Shown: positions 1-8,830 of the stretch, piece by piece
How the letters are laid out: each line of letters starts with the position of its first letter
Numbering within the stretch: the stretch's first letter is position 1
From: a virus
Virus genome (UHGV): UHGV-0289908
Reading direction: 5' to 3' (one strand)
Length of the DNA stretch: 64,000 nt
Notes under the pieces: generated by a model
The model's database searches: none
Seen by the model: only the letters and a program-made list of their open reading frames with translations
Told to the model about the DNA's origin: nothing
Program-made: the position numbers and the translations under genes

Positions 1-1306
1 AATCGCAGGCGATGAGAAGAGTCGTTTACAAACATTGTCAATCGGTGTTATTGTTCCCGACAAGTTTATTGAGCTTGCTCGTGAAGGAAAAGACATGTAT
101 GTTTTCGCCCCTCACACGGTGTACTGTGAGTATGGTGAACATTTAGATGACTTAGACATTGATAAAGTATATGATGATTTAGTCGCAAATCCTAATGTAC
201 GTAAGAAGAAGTTAGACCCACGTGCCTTATTAACAAATATTGCTCGTACTCAATTTGAATCGGGTTACCCATATATTATGTACAAGTCAAATGCAAACAA
301 TGCACACGCATTAAAAAACATTGGACAAATTAAGCAGTCAAACTTATGTCAAGAGATTATGCAGTTACAAGAGACTTCTACAATTAATGACTATGGAGTA
401 GAAGATGAAATCCGACGTGACATTAACTGTAACTTAGGGTCATTAAACATTACAAATGTTATGGATAACAATAGCATCGCTTCTGCAACTCGCTTAGGAA
501 TGCGTGCATTAACGTCAGTATCTGACTTAAGCAACATTGCGAATGCTCCATCAGTTGCAAAAGCAAACCGTGAATTACATGCTGTAGGATTAGGAGCTAT
601 GAACTTACACGGATACTTAGCAAAGAACAAGATTTCATATGAGAGCAAAGAAGCTAAAGACTTCGTTCGCACATTCTTCATGATGGTGAACTACTACTCA
701 ATTATGGAAAGTTGTCAAATTGCAATGGATAAAGATGAAGTGTTCAAAGGATTTGAAGAATCAGATTATGCAACTGGAGAATACTTCAAGAAATACATAA
801 CAACCGACTATGCTCCTCAGACTAAAAAGGTTCAAAAACTGTTTGAAGGCATTGAGATTCCATCTCCAAAAGACTGGGAAGAATTATCAGAGCGTGTTAA
901 AGCAGAAGGAATGTACCATGCGTATCGTATGGCAATCGCTCCAACACAGTCTATTGGTTATGTTCAGAATGCGACCCCTTCGATTGCTCCAATCGTAGAT
1001 ATTGTAGAGCGTCGTACTTATGGGGATTCGACAACTTACTACCCTATGCCATACTTAAGTAAACAAAACTTCTTCTTCTATAAATCAGCGTATGAAATGG
1101 ACATGATGAAGTTAATTGACTTAGTGGCAGAAGCTCAAGAGCATATCGACCAAGGAGTTAGTACAATACTATATGTCACGAGCGAGACAACTACAAGAGA
1201 ATTGGTTCGTTACTACCTATATGCTCATCATAAAGGTTTAAAATCACTGTACTACTCACGTACCAAAAACATTTCGATTTCAGAATGCAACTCATGTAGC
1301 GTTTAA
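1..1306 (+). CDS. nrdE: Class Ib ribonucleotide reductase alpha subunit (NrdE), C-terminal part; the frame is open to the window edge, so the gene is 5'-truncated
   Basis: Frame containing ORF 35..1306 stays open back to nt 2. C-terminal RNR-alpha-like sequence. Followed by a redoxin and nrdF. Confidence 0.8.
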   Translation, partial: IAGDEKSRLQTLSIGVIVPDKFIELAREGKDMYVFAPHTVYCEYGEHLDDLDIDKVYDDLVANPNVRKKKLDPRALLTNIARTQFESGYPYIMYKSNANNAHALKNIGQIKQSNLCQEIMQLQETSTINDYGVEDEIRRDINCNLGSLNITNVMDNNSIASATRLGMRALTSVSDLSNIANAPSVAKANRELHAVGLGAMNLHGYLAKNKISYESKEAKDFVRTFFMMVNYYSIMESCQIAMDKDEVFKGFEESDYATGEYFKKYITTDYAPQTKKVQKLFEGIEIPSPKDWEELSERVKAEGMYHAYRMAIAPTQSIGYVQNATPSIAPIVDIVERRTYGDSTTYYPMPYLSKQNFFFYKSAYEMDMMKLIDLVAEAQEHIDQGVSTILYVTSETTTRELVRYYLYAHHKGLKSLYYSRTKNISISECNSCSV

Positions 1307-1330
1307 TAAAAATAACTAGGAGGAAATGAT

Positions 1331-1651
1331 ATGATTAACATTGTAGATATGACAAACTATTTAGATAACGATTTAGAGGAAGTTTTAGCACACGGAGTGT
1401 CAGTGTTAAAGTTTTATAAAGATGGATGTGCTCCATGTAGCGACGTTTCAAATCAAGTAAATCAATTATTCTTTGATGACCGAGCAAACGCAACGATTTA
1501 CAACGTAAAGGTAAGCGACTGCCCCGAGGTTGCAGGAGAGTTCTCAATCTTCTCTGTGCCTACATTAGTGTTCTTAAAAGACGGAGAGGAATATCACCGT
1601 CATAATGGGCTAATTACTAAGGATAAGGTTTTAGAGCTAATCCAAAAATAG
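1331..1651 (+). CDS. Thioredoxin-fold redoxin (NrdH/glutaredoxin-like), CAPC active site
   Basis: 'KDGCAPCSDV' CxxC motif. 106 aa. RBS 'AGGAGGAAATGAT' just upstream of the ATG at 1331. Sits between nrdE and nrdF. Confidence 0.5.
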   Translation: MINIVDMTNYLDNDLEEVLAHGVSVLKFYKDGCAPCSDVSNQVNQLFFDDRANATIYNVKVSDCPEVAGEFSIFSVPTLVFLKDGEEYHRHNGLITKDKVLELIQK

Positions 1652-1766
1652 CGAAAACTTCGGCATAAATTTTTTTAAAAAAGACGATAAAACTGACATT
1701 TTACAGACATTTAGAGGTAGGGTTTAGCCCTATCTCTCACTATATTGACCAAACAGGAGGACTAAC

Positions 1767-2726
1767 ATGACAACAGAATTATTAAAAGCAGTAAATTGGA
1801 ACTCACCAGACCACAAGTTTTATGATGAATTATATAAGAAACAGACAGAGCAATTTTGGTTACCCGAAGAAATCCCAGTGTCAGAAGATAAGTCTTTATG
1901 GGATATATTAGACCCTAAAGTGAAAACGGCTTATGAGCGTATCTTGGCAGGATTGACTTTATTAGATACAAACCAAACAACAGGTATTGCAAAGATTGGT
2001 GATAAGACAGACAACTTATTCATTCAAAGTATCTTCGCTTTATTTGCAGGATTTGAAAGTATTCATGCTCGTTCATACTCAACAATCTTCCAAACATTAT
2101 GTACTACTGAACACATTGACGAGTTGTTTGCATGGGCAGAGACAACTAAAGAGCTTCAAGATAAAGTAAAACGTATCATGAAGGAATATAATCAAGATGA
2201 TTCATTATTCATGTCATATGTTGGGTCATTATGTTTAGAGGGAGTATGTTTCTATAGCGGATTCTATCTGCCATTATGGTTAGCAGGTCAAGGACAAATG
2301 GTCAACAGTGGAGAGGTAATCAACTTAATTTTACGTGATGAGAAGTTGCATACCGTTGGTGTAGGATTCTTTGCTCAAGAGGTATTCAATAAGATGACTC
2401 CAGAGCAACAAGAAGACGCACGCACTCAAGCGTATCAAATGATTGAAGAGATTTATCAATCAGAGTTAACATACTCTCATTTATTATATGACGAGTTAGG
2501 GATGTTTGAAGATGTAAAAACATACATTGAATTCAATGTCAACTATGCTTTAAAATGCTTAGGATTCGAACCTATGTTTGCTGTAACAGAGAATGATGTT
2601 AACCCTGTGGTAATGAACGGTTATTCAATCGAAACAAAGCAGCATGATTTCTTCTCAACCCGAGGGAATGGTTACATTATAAATACAAATGTAGAACCTC
2701 TACAAGATGAAGACTTTGTATTTTAA
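1767..2726 (+). CDS. nrdF: Class Ib ribonucleotide reductase beta subunit (NrdF)
   Basis: Two E..H iron-ligand motifs ('FESIHARSY', 'DEKLHTVG'). About 320 aa. RBS 'CAGGAGGACTAAC'. Adjacent to nrdE. Confidence 0.85.
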   Translation: MTTELLKAVNWNSPDHKFYDELYKKQTEQFWLPEEIPVSEDKSLWDILDPKVKTAYERILAGLTLLDTNQTTGIAKIGDKTDNLFIQSIFALFAGFESIHARSYSTIFQTLCTTEHIDELFAWAETTKELQDKVKRIMKEYNQDDSLFMSYVGSLCLEGVCFYSGFYLPLWLAGQGQMVNSGEVINLILRDEKLHTVGVGFFAQEVFNKMTPEQQEDARTQAYQMIEEIYQSELTYSHLLYDELGMFEDVKTYIEFNVNYALKCLGFEPMFAVTENDVNPVVMNGYSIETKQHDFFSTRGNGYIINTNVEPLQDEDFVF

Positions 2727-2741
2727 TAAGGGGATGAGAGA

Positions 2742-3479
2742 ATGACTAAAGTGGACAAAGACGAGCTCACCTCTCTCGTTGAAGAAGGATTGACTCAAAA
2801 AGAGATAGCGGAACGACTCGGAGTTTCCCCCATGACAGTTTTAAGGACATGCAAGAAATTGGGATTAAAAACACAAGGAAACAAGAAAAAGATAAAGGAT
2901 TATACTGGGATTCGTTCGGGACGATTGGTCTATCTGCAACCAAGTGGAGTGACACAAGATAGAAGAACATTATGGAAGTGCCAATGCGACTGCGGGAATA
3001 TTGTTTACAAAACAGGGGCAGGGATTGGCTACCATCAATCATGCGGTGAATGTGTTGTTCCTCGAAACAGTCAACCTCTTTATAAAATATGGAGAGGAAT
3101 GCACGCAAGATGTAAATATAGCGGAGTAAAAAGCTACCATAGATATGGAGGGAGAGGAATAAAGGTTTGTTCAGAATGGGAGGATTACGAGACTTTCAAA
3201 ACATGGGCTCTAACAAACGGATATGAAGAAGGGTTAAGCATAGACCGAATTGACAATGGCAAAGGATACCAAGCAGATAACTGTCGTTGGGTGTCACAAA
3301 AACAACAAATGCGGAACACAGATAGCAATAGAAACATTACATACAATGACCAAACAAAATGTTTGATAGAATGGGCAGAAGTGAAAGGAATATCGCCAGA
3401 CACTTTGGCTAAAAGGTTGGATAAATATAATTGGAGCATTGAAAAAGCTCTCAATACTCCAGTAAGAGGAAAGAGGTAG
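2742..3479 (+). CDS. Freestanding HNH-type homing endonuclease with an N-terminal HTH
   Basis: 'YKIWRGMHARC...GGRGIKVCSEWE...GLSIDRIDNGKGYQADNCRWVSQKQQ' resembles the phage HNH family. Lies between nrdF and gmk. Confidence 0.55.
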   Translation: MTKVDKDELTSLVEEGLTQKEIAERLGVSPMTVLRTCKKLGLKTQGNKKKIKDYTGIRSGRLVYLQPSGVTQDRRTLWKCQCDCGNIVYKTGAGIGYHQSCGECVVPRNSQPLYKIWRGMHARCKYSGVKSYHRYGGRGIKVCSEWEDYETFKTWALTNGYEEGLSIDRIDNGKGYQADNCRWVSQKQQMRNTDSNRNITYNDQTKCLIEWAEVKGISPDTLAKRLDKYNWSIEKALNTPVRGKR

Positions 3480-3484
3480 AGGGA

Positions 3485-3661
3485 ATGGTTAGATGTCATT
3501 TTTGTAATTCGAAACTTGTGTGGTCAAATGACTTTGATTTTGAAGACTATGGAATCTTTGATAAAGAGGGGATAGTTGCAGTCCTCTCTTGTTCCAATGA
3601 AGATTGTGGGACTCATGCTGAATTTTACCAAGGATTAAACAAAGAGGATGAGATGATATGA
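3485..3661 (+). CDS. Small zinc-ribbon protein (CxxC...CxxC), 58 aa
   Basis: Read by hand: 'MVRCHFCNSKLVW...SCSNEDCGTH'. RBS 'AGAGG' upstream. Not in the ORF track because it is under 60 aa. Confidence 0.3.
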   Translation: MVRCHFCNSKLVWSNDFDFEDYGIFDKEGIVAVLSCSNEDCGTHAEFYQGLNKEDEMI

Positions 3662-3824
3662 TGAACGTCTTAATAGAGACGGTTATACTAGCCCTCTTTG
3701 GGGGAGCAGTCCTAGTATTGGGGGCTGTGATTTGTCGGAACGATAAAAGTGCGGACATTGAGGACAAGCTAGAAGCAGGTTTTCAAGCAATGGGCATTGT
3801 CTTTTATTTAGTAGCCATCGCTTA
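3657..3824 (+). CDS. Small hydrophobic membrane protein, about 55 aa
   Basis: Hand-translated 'MMNVLIETVILALFGGAVLVLGAVICRND...'. Overlaps the previous stop in an ATGA arrangement. Confidence 0.25.
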
Positions 3825-3865
3825 GTTGTTTGGAACTATTGCCACCGCATTATTTTAATTATTCG

Positions 3866-3916
3866 CTAAAATATTATAAAATGAGTTGACAATGCTGTCG
3901 ATACATGATATTATAA
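3866..3916 (+). promoter_or_regulatory. Sigma-A-type promoter module (UP 'CTAAAATATTATAAAATG', TTGACA 3886-3891, 17-bp spacer, TGaTATTAT)
   Basis: Matches the reiterated consensus seen about 18 times in this window. Upstream of gmk. Confidence 0.6.
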
Positions 3917-3966
3917 AGGAGTGGTAAGCAACCACTCCTATTTTATTAGACAAGAGGAGAGATATT

Positions 3967-4512
3967 ATGACAAACAAATTCGTAGCTTTAGTAGGAGCAA
4001 GTGCAACAGGAAAGAGCACTGTAGAACGTATCTTACAGGAGGAGTTTGGTTATAAGCGTTGTATTAGTATGACAACTCGTCCGAAACGAGATTATGAGGT
4101 GGATGGGGTAGACTATTACTTTGTTACGATTGAAGACCTTGACCAACTAGCTCAAGAGGGGTTATTAGCTGAACGTACATGTTTTAACGGATGGCACTAT
4201 TCTTTAACTGTAGCAGAAGTTGAAGATGGAGGAGTTGTGGTTATCGAGCCCAATGGACTGCGACAAATCATTGAGCGTGTTGGACGTGAGAATGTTTTTG
4301 TGGTCTACTTAACATTGCCCGACAAAGTCCGTCTTGTTCGCTCATTAGTAGCCCGAGATGATAATGATGTTGATGAGGTAATTCGTCGATTTCTAGCGGA
4401 TAGAAAGGATATGCAGGGGATGGTAGATATTGCAGATATCACAATCCGCAACGAAGACTCACATAAAACAGCATGTATGATAAATGCTATTTTAAAATCG
4501 CAGTTAAACTAG
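3967..4512 (+). CDS. gmk: Guanylate kinase
   Basis: P-loop 'GASATGKST'. 'SMTTRPKRDYEVDGVDYYFVT' matches the Gmk TTR...E.DG.DY.FV signature. 181 aa. Confidence 0.75.
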   Translation: MTNKFVALVGASATGKSTVERILQEEFGYKRCISMTTRPKRDYEVDGVDYYFVTIEDLDQLAQEGLLAERTCFNGWHYSLTVAEVEDGGVVVIEPNGLRQIIERVGRENVFVVYLTLPDKVRLVRSLVARDDNDVDEVIRRFLADRKDMQGMVDIADITIRNEDSHKTACMINAILKSQLN

Positions 4513-4525
4513 GGGGGATGATGGG

Positions 4526-5137
4526 ATGAAGTGGTATGAAGCATACTATATTATTGAATGTGGAGGAATGGTTCGTCGTAAAGGATGGGAAGAAGGTGTG
4601 TTCATTCGAATGGCAGATGACCTAGACAATGATGATGACCAATACTTAATTAACGAAAAGCAAGAATACATAGAGCTCACGGAAGAGGAGTTACGGGCAA
4701 CAGATTGGGTCGAATACGACCCCTATGTTCGCTCAGATGAAGAGTTAAACGACAAGGAATATTTAAACCTTGTCAAAGAAAGATGTAGAGCCAAATTAAA
4801 CTATCAACAGAGAATCTTAAAGAATTGTCTTCAAATGTTCGCAGAGAAGCAGAAGGCTCTCCCTGTGTGGGAACTAGGTGCTCAGCAAAAGTACTTCATT
4901 GTTTATTCATACTTAAATGGGCAATATCGAGTAGAAGCAACATGCAAGGAGTATTATCCAAACATTGTTTATTTCTCAAATAAGCAGGCATGCGAGGTGG
5001 CAATTCGTACATATCGCCCCATGCTTGATATTGCTCGCATGTTGGATTGTCAGTTCAACTTACTATGTATACAAGAGTACGACCGAGAAACATTAGTTAA
5101 AATCAATAAAATGATAAGTCGTGTTAAAATATTATAA
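4526..5137 (+). CDS. Hypothetical protein
   Basis: ORF with RBS 'AGGGGGGATGATGGG'. No recognisable motif. Confidence 0.4.
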   Translation: MKWYEAYYIIECGGMVRRKGWEEGVFIRMADDLDNDDDQYLINEKQEYIELTEEELRATDWVEYDPYVRSDEELNDKEYLNLVKERCRAKLNYQQRILKNCLQMFAEKQKALPVWELGAQQKYFIVYSYLNGQYRVEATCKEYYPNIVYFSNKQACEVAIRTYRPMLDIARMLDCQFNLLCIQEYDRETLVKINKMISRVKIL

Positions 5138-5173
5138 AACATATTGACAAGATATGACGGAACATGATATAAT
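5126..5173 (+). promoter_or_regulatory. Promoter module (UP element, TTGACA 5144-5149, 18-bp spacer, TGaTATAAT 5165-5173). The UP element overlaps the 3' end of the upstream ORF.
   Basis: Consensus match. Confidence 0.55.
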
Positions 5174-5204
5174 TCTGTCATGCTAATAAGAGAGGAAGAT
5201 AGAA

Positions 5205-5423
5205 ATGAGAAAACAATACACAGACAAACCACACTTTGTGGCAAAATCATTATACTTATGTCGATTCTTACAGCAACGAGGATTTGAGTTGCAAAAGACA
5301 CGAGTCAACAAGTTCAATCCATTGCATAATGTATACTTATTTAAGGATACGAAAGGGTTGTGTAAAGCGGTTAGCGACTACCGAGCAATGAAGCGAACAA
5401 AACGTGAACAACAGGAGGGGTAA
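5205..5423 (+). CDS. Hypothetical small basic protein (72 aa)
   Basis: Follows the promoter. RBS 'AGAGGAAGATAGAAATG'. Confidence 0.35.
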   Translation: MRKQYTDKPHFVAKSLYLCRFLQQRGFELQKTRVNKFNPLHNVYLFKDTKGLCKAVSDYRAMKRTKREQQEG

Positions 5424-5424
5424 C

Positions 5425-6120
5425 ATGGCAGGGAAATTACGCTACTACTATGGTTGTATGAACAGTCTTAAAAGTGGAACATTACTCACCAAGGCTCATC
5501 AATTCAAAGAAGCAGGGTGTGAGGTAATTTGCCTAAAACCATCATTCGATACCCGAGAAAAAGGGGTTATACATAGTCGTGCTATTTCAAGTAGTCAACC
5601 ATGTTATGTATTCGACAAGAACAAAGACCTGTTCAAGTTTATATACTCAATCATGAGGCAACTATTGCGAGAAGGCAAAGACATCTATCGAGTCGTAGTG
5701 TTTGTGGATGAAGTGTCATTCATCACAAAAGAACAAGTTCAGCAGTTGTGGAAGCTGACAAGATGTCCATATAACGTTAACGTGTTTACTTATGGCTTGA
5801 AGAATACTTATCAGAACACTTTATTTGAATCAGCAGAAGAACTCTTAATAGTAGCGGATACTGTCGAGGAAATCAAAAGTATGTGCAGTGCTTGTACAAA
5901 CAAAGCAACAACTCATTTACGATATGTAAATGACAAGCCTGTGTTTACAGGAGAAGATTGTATCGTTGGAGATGTTGCAGGAGAAGAGCGTTATGTATCT
6001 GTATGTCAAGAATGTTGGCATAGAGTCCATAATGAGTCACATAATGTCGGAATTGATGTCAGTGATGTTGAGTCAAAAACAATAAATGAACCAATTAGTT
6101 CCGCACAAGGAGGAGAATAA
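5425..6120 (+). CDS. tdk: Thymidine kinase with a divergent P-loop and a C-terminal zinc ribbon
   Basis: N-terminal 'YYYGCMNSLKSGTLL' at the P-loop position. The TK fold runs through 'VVFVDEVSF'. C-terminal CxxC...CxxC ('MCSACTNK...VCQECWH'). Start moved to the ATG at 5425 behind 'AGGAGGGG'. Confidence 0.55.
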   Translation: MAGKLRYYYGCMNSLKSGTLLTKAHQFKEAGCEVICLKPSFDTREKGVIHSRAISSSQPCYVFDKNKDLFKFIYSIMRQLLREGKDIYRVVVFVDEVSFITKEQVQQLWKLTRCPYNVNVFTYGLKNTYQNTLFESAEELLIVADTVEEIKSMCSACTNKATTHLRYVNDKPVFTGEDCIVGDVAGEERYVSVCQECWHRVHNESHNVGIDVSDVESKTINEPISSAQGGE

Positions 6121-6121
6121 G

Positions 6122-6379
6122 ATGATATATTTTATTGTTGGATTCGCTTTAATCCTGTTGATTGCTGTTCTTGGTATAGGAGTCATGTGTTTTATTGATT
6201 ATATAGACTATTGTTTATGTTTTCTTCATTCCCACAAAGAGCGAAGTAAACAATGGTATAAAACCCCTACTATGATTAAGGTTTTTATTGTGATAGGAGG
6301 AGTGACCATTTCTGGTATTATTCTGTTGTTTATTCTTTTCTTTTCGTTTTTACTGGGATTTGTGGTATTAGGAGGGTAA
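6122..6379 (+). CDS. Small integral membrane protein (2 TM)
   Basis: Highly hydrophobic. RBS 'AAGGAGGAGAATAAGATG'. Confidence 0.4.
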   Translation: MIYFIVGFALILLIAVLGIGVMCFIDYIDYCLCFLHSHKERSKQWYKTPTMIKVFIVIGGVTISGIILLFILFFSFLLGFVVLGG

Positions 6380-6406
6380 CTAACATTAGCAAGATGTATA
6401 TTAAGT

Positions 6407-6436
6407 AGACTGGATTCGTCCAGTCTTTTCTTTTTC
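6407..6436 (+). terminator. Rho-independent terminator: AGACTGGA-ttcg-TCCAGTCT followed by TTTCTTTTT
   Basis: Perfect 8-bp stem with a tetraloop and a T-run. Confidence 0.75.
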
Positions 6437-6446
6437 CTACAAAATA

Positions 6447-6502
6447 TTCGCTAAAATATTATAAAATGTATTGACTATTGTGTCGAAGCATGATATCATT
6501 AG
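6447..6502 (+). promoter_or_regulatory. Promoter module, copy A of a perfect 56-bp direct repeat (TTGACT 6471-6476, TGaTATCAT 6491-6499)
   Basis: Identical to 8282..8337. Confidence 0.65.
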
Positions 6503-6531
6503 TATGTACTTAAGATAACGGAGGTAATCGA

Positions 6532-6645
6532 ATGAAAACATTAATTAAACTTGCAAAAGAATTACGTAAAGGATTAAAAGGATTAAAAGAGTTTAGCAAA
6601 CTTGACGTTACGGTTGGTTATGTTACAGGGTCTAAACATTTATAG
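6532..6645 (+). CDS. Small basic peptide (37 aa) leading the paralogue array
   Basis: 'MKTLIKLAKELRKGLKGLKEF...'. RBS 'GGAGGTAATCGAATG'. Confidence 0.3.
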   Translation: MKTLIKLAKELRKGLKGLKEFSKLDVTVGYVTGSKHL

Positions 6646-6656
6646 GAGGTGAAGTT

Positions 6657-6956
6657 ATGAGATATGAAACTGGAACGAGATTGAGACGAGTAGTAAGAGG
6701 ACAGGAATTTCATCTTGAAGGACTTGATACCTATGTTGTTGTAGGTCAATTAGACAATGGTTTTATTGTGCAAAGACCGCAAAGAGAAGAAGGGAGGGGT
6801 TGGATACTTCTGTCAAAAGAGCCCACAATAGCCGAAGAAGCAATCGCTATAGGGTTGATAACCAAGGAAGAAGCTCGTGAACGAAGATTTTGGTACTATC
6901 CAAACGACGCAGACGGATTTGAATTGGCAGGCAGTGTGATTCAGTGGATAAAATAG
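6657..6956 (+). CDS. Tandem paralogue 1 of 5 (about 100 aa, C-terminal IQWIK), function unknown
   Basis: Shares 'RFW(Y/W)YP' with paralogue 3 and a C-terminal (Q/E)WI(E/K/D) with all five. RBS 'TAGGAGGTGAAGTTATG'. Confidence 0.6.
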   Translation: MRYETGTRLRRVVRGQEFHLEGLDTYVVVGQLDNGFIVQRPQREEGRGWILLSKEPTIAEEAIAIGLITKEEARERRFWYYPNDADGFELAGSVIQWIK

Positions 6957-6969
6957 GAGGAGATAGAAG

Positions 6970-7281
6970 ATGTATTCGATTGGAACTAGAGTAGAAATTG
7001 TGGACGTAAATGACAACTATCGTATGAGAGGATTGGAGATAGGAGACCGAGGATGGGTAATACTCGAACCACGTGAACATGAAGTGGCGGTTATGTTTGA
7101 CAAAGAACTCTCATATGGATTAAGTTTTTCTCCTCATCGAAGCGACAATGCCCAAATTGCACAGATGATTGATAATGGAATTATGATGGATGGAGAACTT
7201 ATTCTGAACAGAAGCATTCATGTAGACTTTAATTGTATTAAGCCATGTAGGTTAGCACAGGCAATTCAATGGATAGAATAG
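6970..7281 (+). CDS. Tandem paralogue 2 of 5 (C-terminal IQWIE)
   Basis: Shares 'HEVAVMFDKE' with paralogue 4. The stop is embedded in 'TGGATAAAATAGGAGG'. Confidence 0.6.
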   Translation: MYSIGTRVEIVDVNDNYRMRGLEIGDRGWVILEPREHEVAVMFDKELSYGLSFSPHRSDNAQIAQMIDNGIMMDGELILNRSIHVDFNCIKPCRLAQAIQWIE

Positions 7282-7291
7282 GAGGAATAAT

Positions 7292-7606
7292 ATGAATGAA
7301 TCAATGGAGTTGAAAGTTGGAGACATTGTTGAATTCGTGAGTCGAGCAGATGATTCATGTGGAGAATGTGGAGGAGATAGAGGTAAGGTTGTCCGTGTTA
7401 GATATGATGGAATATGGGTATATCATCTAACAATGCCATGCGACACCGCATGGTCAATATATGACAGAGATGACTTTATAGCGGAGTGTCTTATCTCAGA
7501 AGGGGTCATTACAAATCACGAAGCACGTCAAAATCGTTTTTGGTGGTATCCTTTTAGTGCAGTAACAAAAGTGGCAAATGCTTCAAAAATTGAATGGATA
7601 GAATAG
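7292..7606 (+). CDS. Tandem paralogue 3 of 5 (C-terminal IEWIE), Cys-rich
   Basis: 'CGECGG', 'RFWWYP'. Confidence 0.6.
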   Translation: MNESMELKVGDIVEFVSRADDSCGECGGDRGKVVRVRYDGIWVYHLTMPCDTAWSIYDRDDFIAECLISEGVITNHEARQNRFWWYPFSAVTKVANASKIEWIE

Positions 7607-7616
7607 GAGGGGTAAC

Positions 7617-7928
7617 ATGTCATTTTCTAGCTTTAATCGAGGAGAACGAGTAAGAATAATCGCCCCCCAAAGAACGAAAGCCTTAGCCGTGGGGGATAAG
7701 GGATATATCATCAGAAATTCCAGTTTTGGACACTACGATGAAGTGGCGGTTATGTTTGACAAAGAATTCAGAGAGGGATTAAATTTCGTTGCGGGAGAAA
7801 ACAGTGATGAAGAGATAATCCGTCGTGGACTTGTGTATGCAGGTGAACATGTACAGAATCGTTCAGCATGGGTTCGAGTAGAAGACCTTGAACTCTGCTC
7901 AGACCACGAGATTCAGTGGATAGAATAG
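7617..7928 (+). CDS. Tandem paralogue 4 of 5 (C-terminal IQWIE)
   Basis: 'DEVAVMFDKEF'. Confidence 0.6.
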   Translation: MSFSSFNRGERVRIIAPQRTKALAVGDKGYIIRNSSFGHYDEVAVMFDKEFREGLNFVAGENSDEEIIRRGLVYAGEHVQNRSAWVRVEDLELCSDHEIQWIE

Positions 7929-7938
7929 GAGGTGCTAT

Positions 7939-8271
7939 ATGGTTGACAGTATGAATGGATTGTGCATAGGTGATAGAGTTATCATTTCTGGCAGTGGAGG
8001 AGATTTTGGAACTCCTTGTTCATGGATGGGGGAACGTGGAAGAATAATCTTTTTCGACACCGATGACGACTCTGCGGTGGTATTTTTTGACTCAAATATT
8101 GGACGCTGGGGATTGGTTGAATTAGATGAACCATACACCAGAGTCGAGCGTATTCAAGGTGGGCTAACAATGGGATGGTTTACTGAAAACGAACTAAAAA
8201 AAGAAAGATGTTCTTGGATAAGTGTTGAAAACCTATCACTGTTCTGCACACCAATTGAATGGATTGACTAA
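7939..8271 (+). CDS. Tandem paralogue 5 of 5 (C-terminal IEWID)
   Basis: N-terminal 'GDRVIISGSGG' beta-strand-like motif shared with the others. Confidence 0.55.
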   Translation: MVDSMNGLCIGDRVIISGSGGDFGTPCSWMGERGRIIFFDTDDDSAVVFFDSNIGRWGLVELDEPYTRVERIQGGLTMGWFTENELKKERCSWISVENLSLFCTPIEWID

Positions 8272-8281
8272 TTTTCACTCT

Positions 8282-8337
8282 TTCGCTAAAATATTATAAA
8301 ATGTATTGACTATTGTGTCGAAGCATGATATCATTAG
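8282..8337 (+). promoter_or_regulatory. Promoter module, copy B of the perfect 56-bp direct repeat
   Basis: Identical to 6447..6502. Confidence 0.65.
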
Positions 8338-8435
8338 GGTGTCAGAAAGAGGTGGAGAATGATTTCGAAGGTTGATTCAAAACAATGACAAAAGACCTAG
8401 CAAAATGAAATGATTTTAAAGAGGAGAGATGAATA

Positions 8436-8771
8436 ATGATTAAAATTTTATACGCTATTAACAATGCAAATGATGATGAACGAGCATTAATTAACTTGGA
8501 TACCAAGGAAATCATTTTTAAGGGAAGCAATCGACGAGACAACATGTTTCATCAAATCAAAACACATGTTGAGTCAATGCAATATTTTGGATTACCATTT
8601 GATTTACAACAAATGCGTATGAATCCAGACCATGAATTATATGAGGTAATTGGTTTTTGTCCTAAAAAGGAATTCAATAACGACGAATTAGTTTTTACAG
8701 CAGGTGCTTGGGGAGTTCCCGTAAATTCTTACACGAAAGTTCAAATGGGACAATTAGCAAGAGCTTGTTAA
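8436..8771 (+). CDS. Hypothetical protein
   Basis: ORF with RBS 'AGAGGAGAGATGAATAATG'. Confidence 0.45.
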   Translation: MIKILYAINNANDDERALINLDTKEIIFKGSNRRDNMFHQIKTHVESMQYFGLPFDLQQMRMNPDHELYEVIGFCPKKEFNNDELVFTAGAWGVPVNSYTKVQMGQLARAC

Positions 8772-8807
8772 AATACATAATGCTTTACTAATATACTTAC
8801 AACAAAA

Positions 8808-8830
8808 AGACACTGGGGTTGCCAGTGTCT
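8808..8830. other. Perfect 9-bp hairpin AGACACTGG-ggttg-CCAGTGTCT. The U-tract is only on the minus-strand side.
   Basis: Seen in sequence. Would terminate antisense transcription. Confidence 0.35.

Noticed and set aside
391-681. Minus-strand ORFs lying inside long plus-strand genes, for example 391..681, 2767..3108, 22084..22386, 22936..23292 and 31286..31519
   Set aside because: They are antisense to well-supported genes (nrdE, HNH, P-type ATPase, helicase), have no RBS and show odd composition. They are treated as shadow ORFs.
5404-5424. Upstream start at 5404 for thymidine kinase, 20544 for TerD-2, 48306 for nrdG and 24086 for NAMPT, as given in the ORF track
   Set aside because: Better-spaced Shine-Dalgarno sequences precede internal ATGs at 5425, 20586, 48342 and 24098. 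Paralogue and orthologue N-termini start there.
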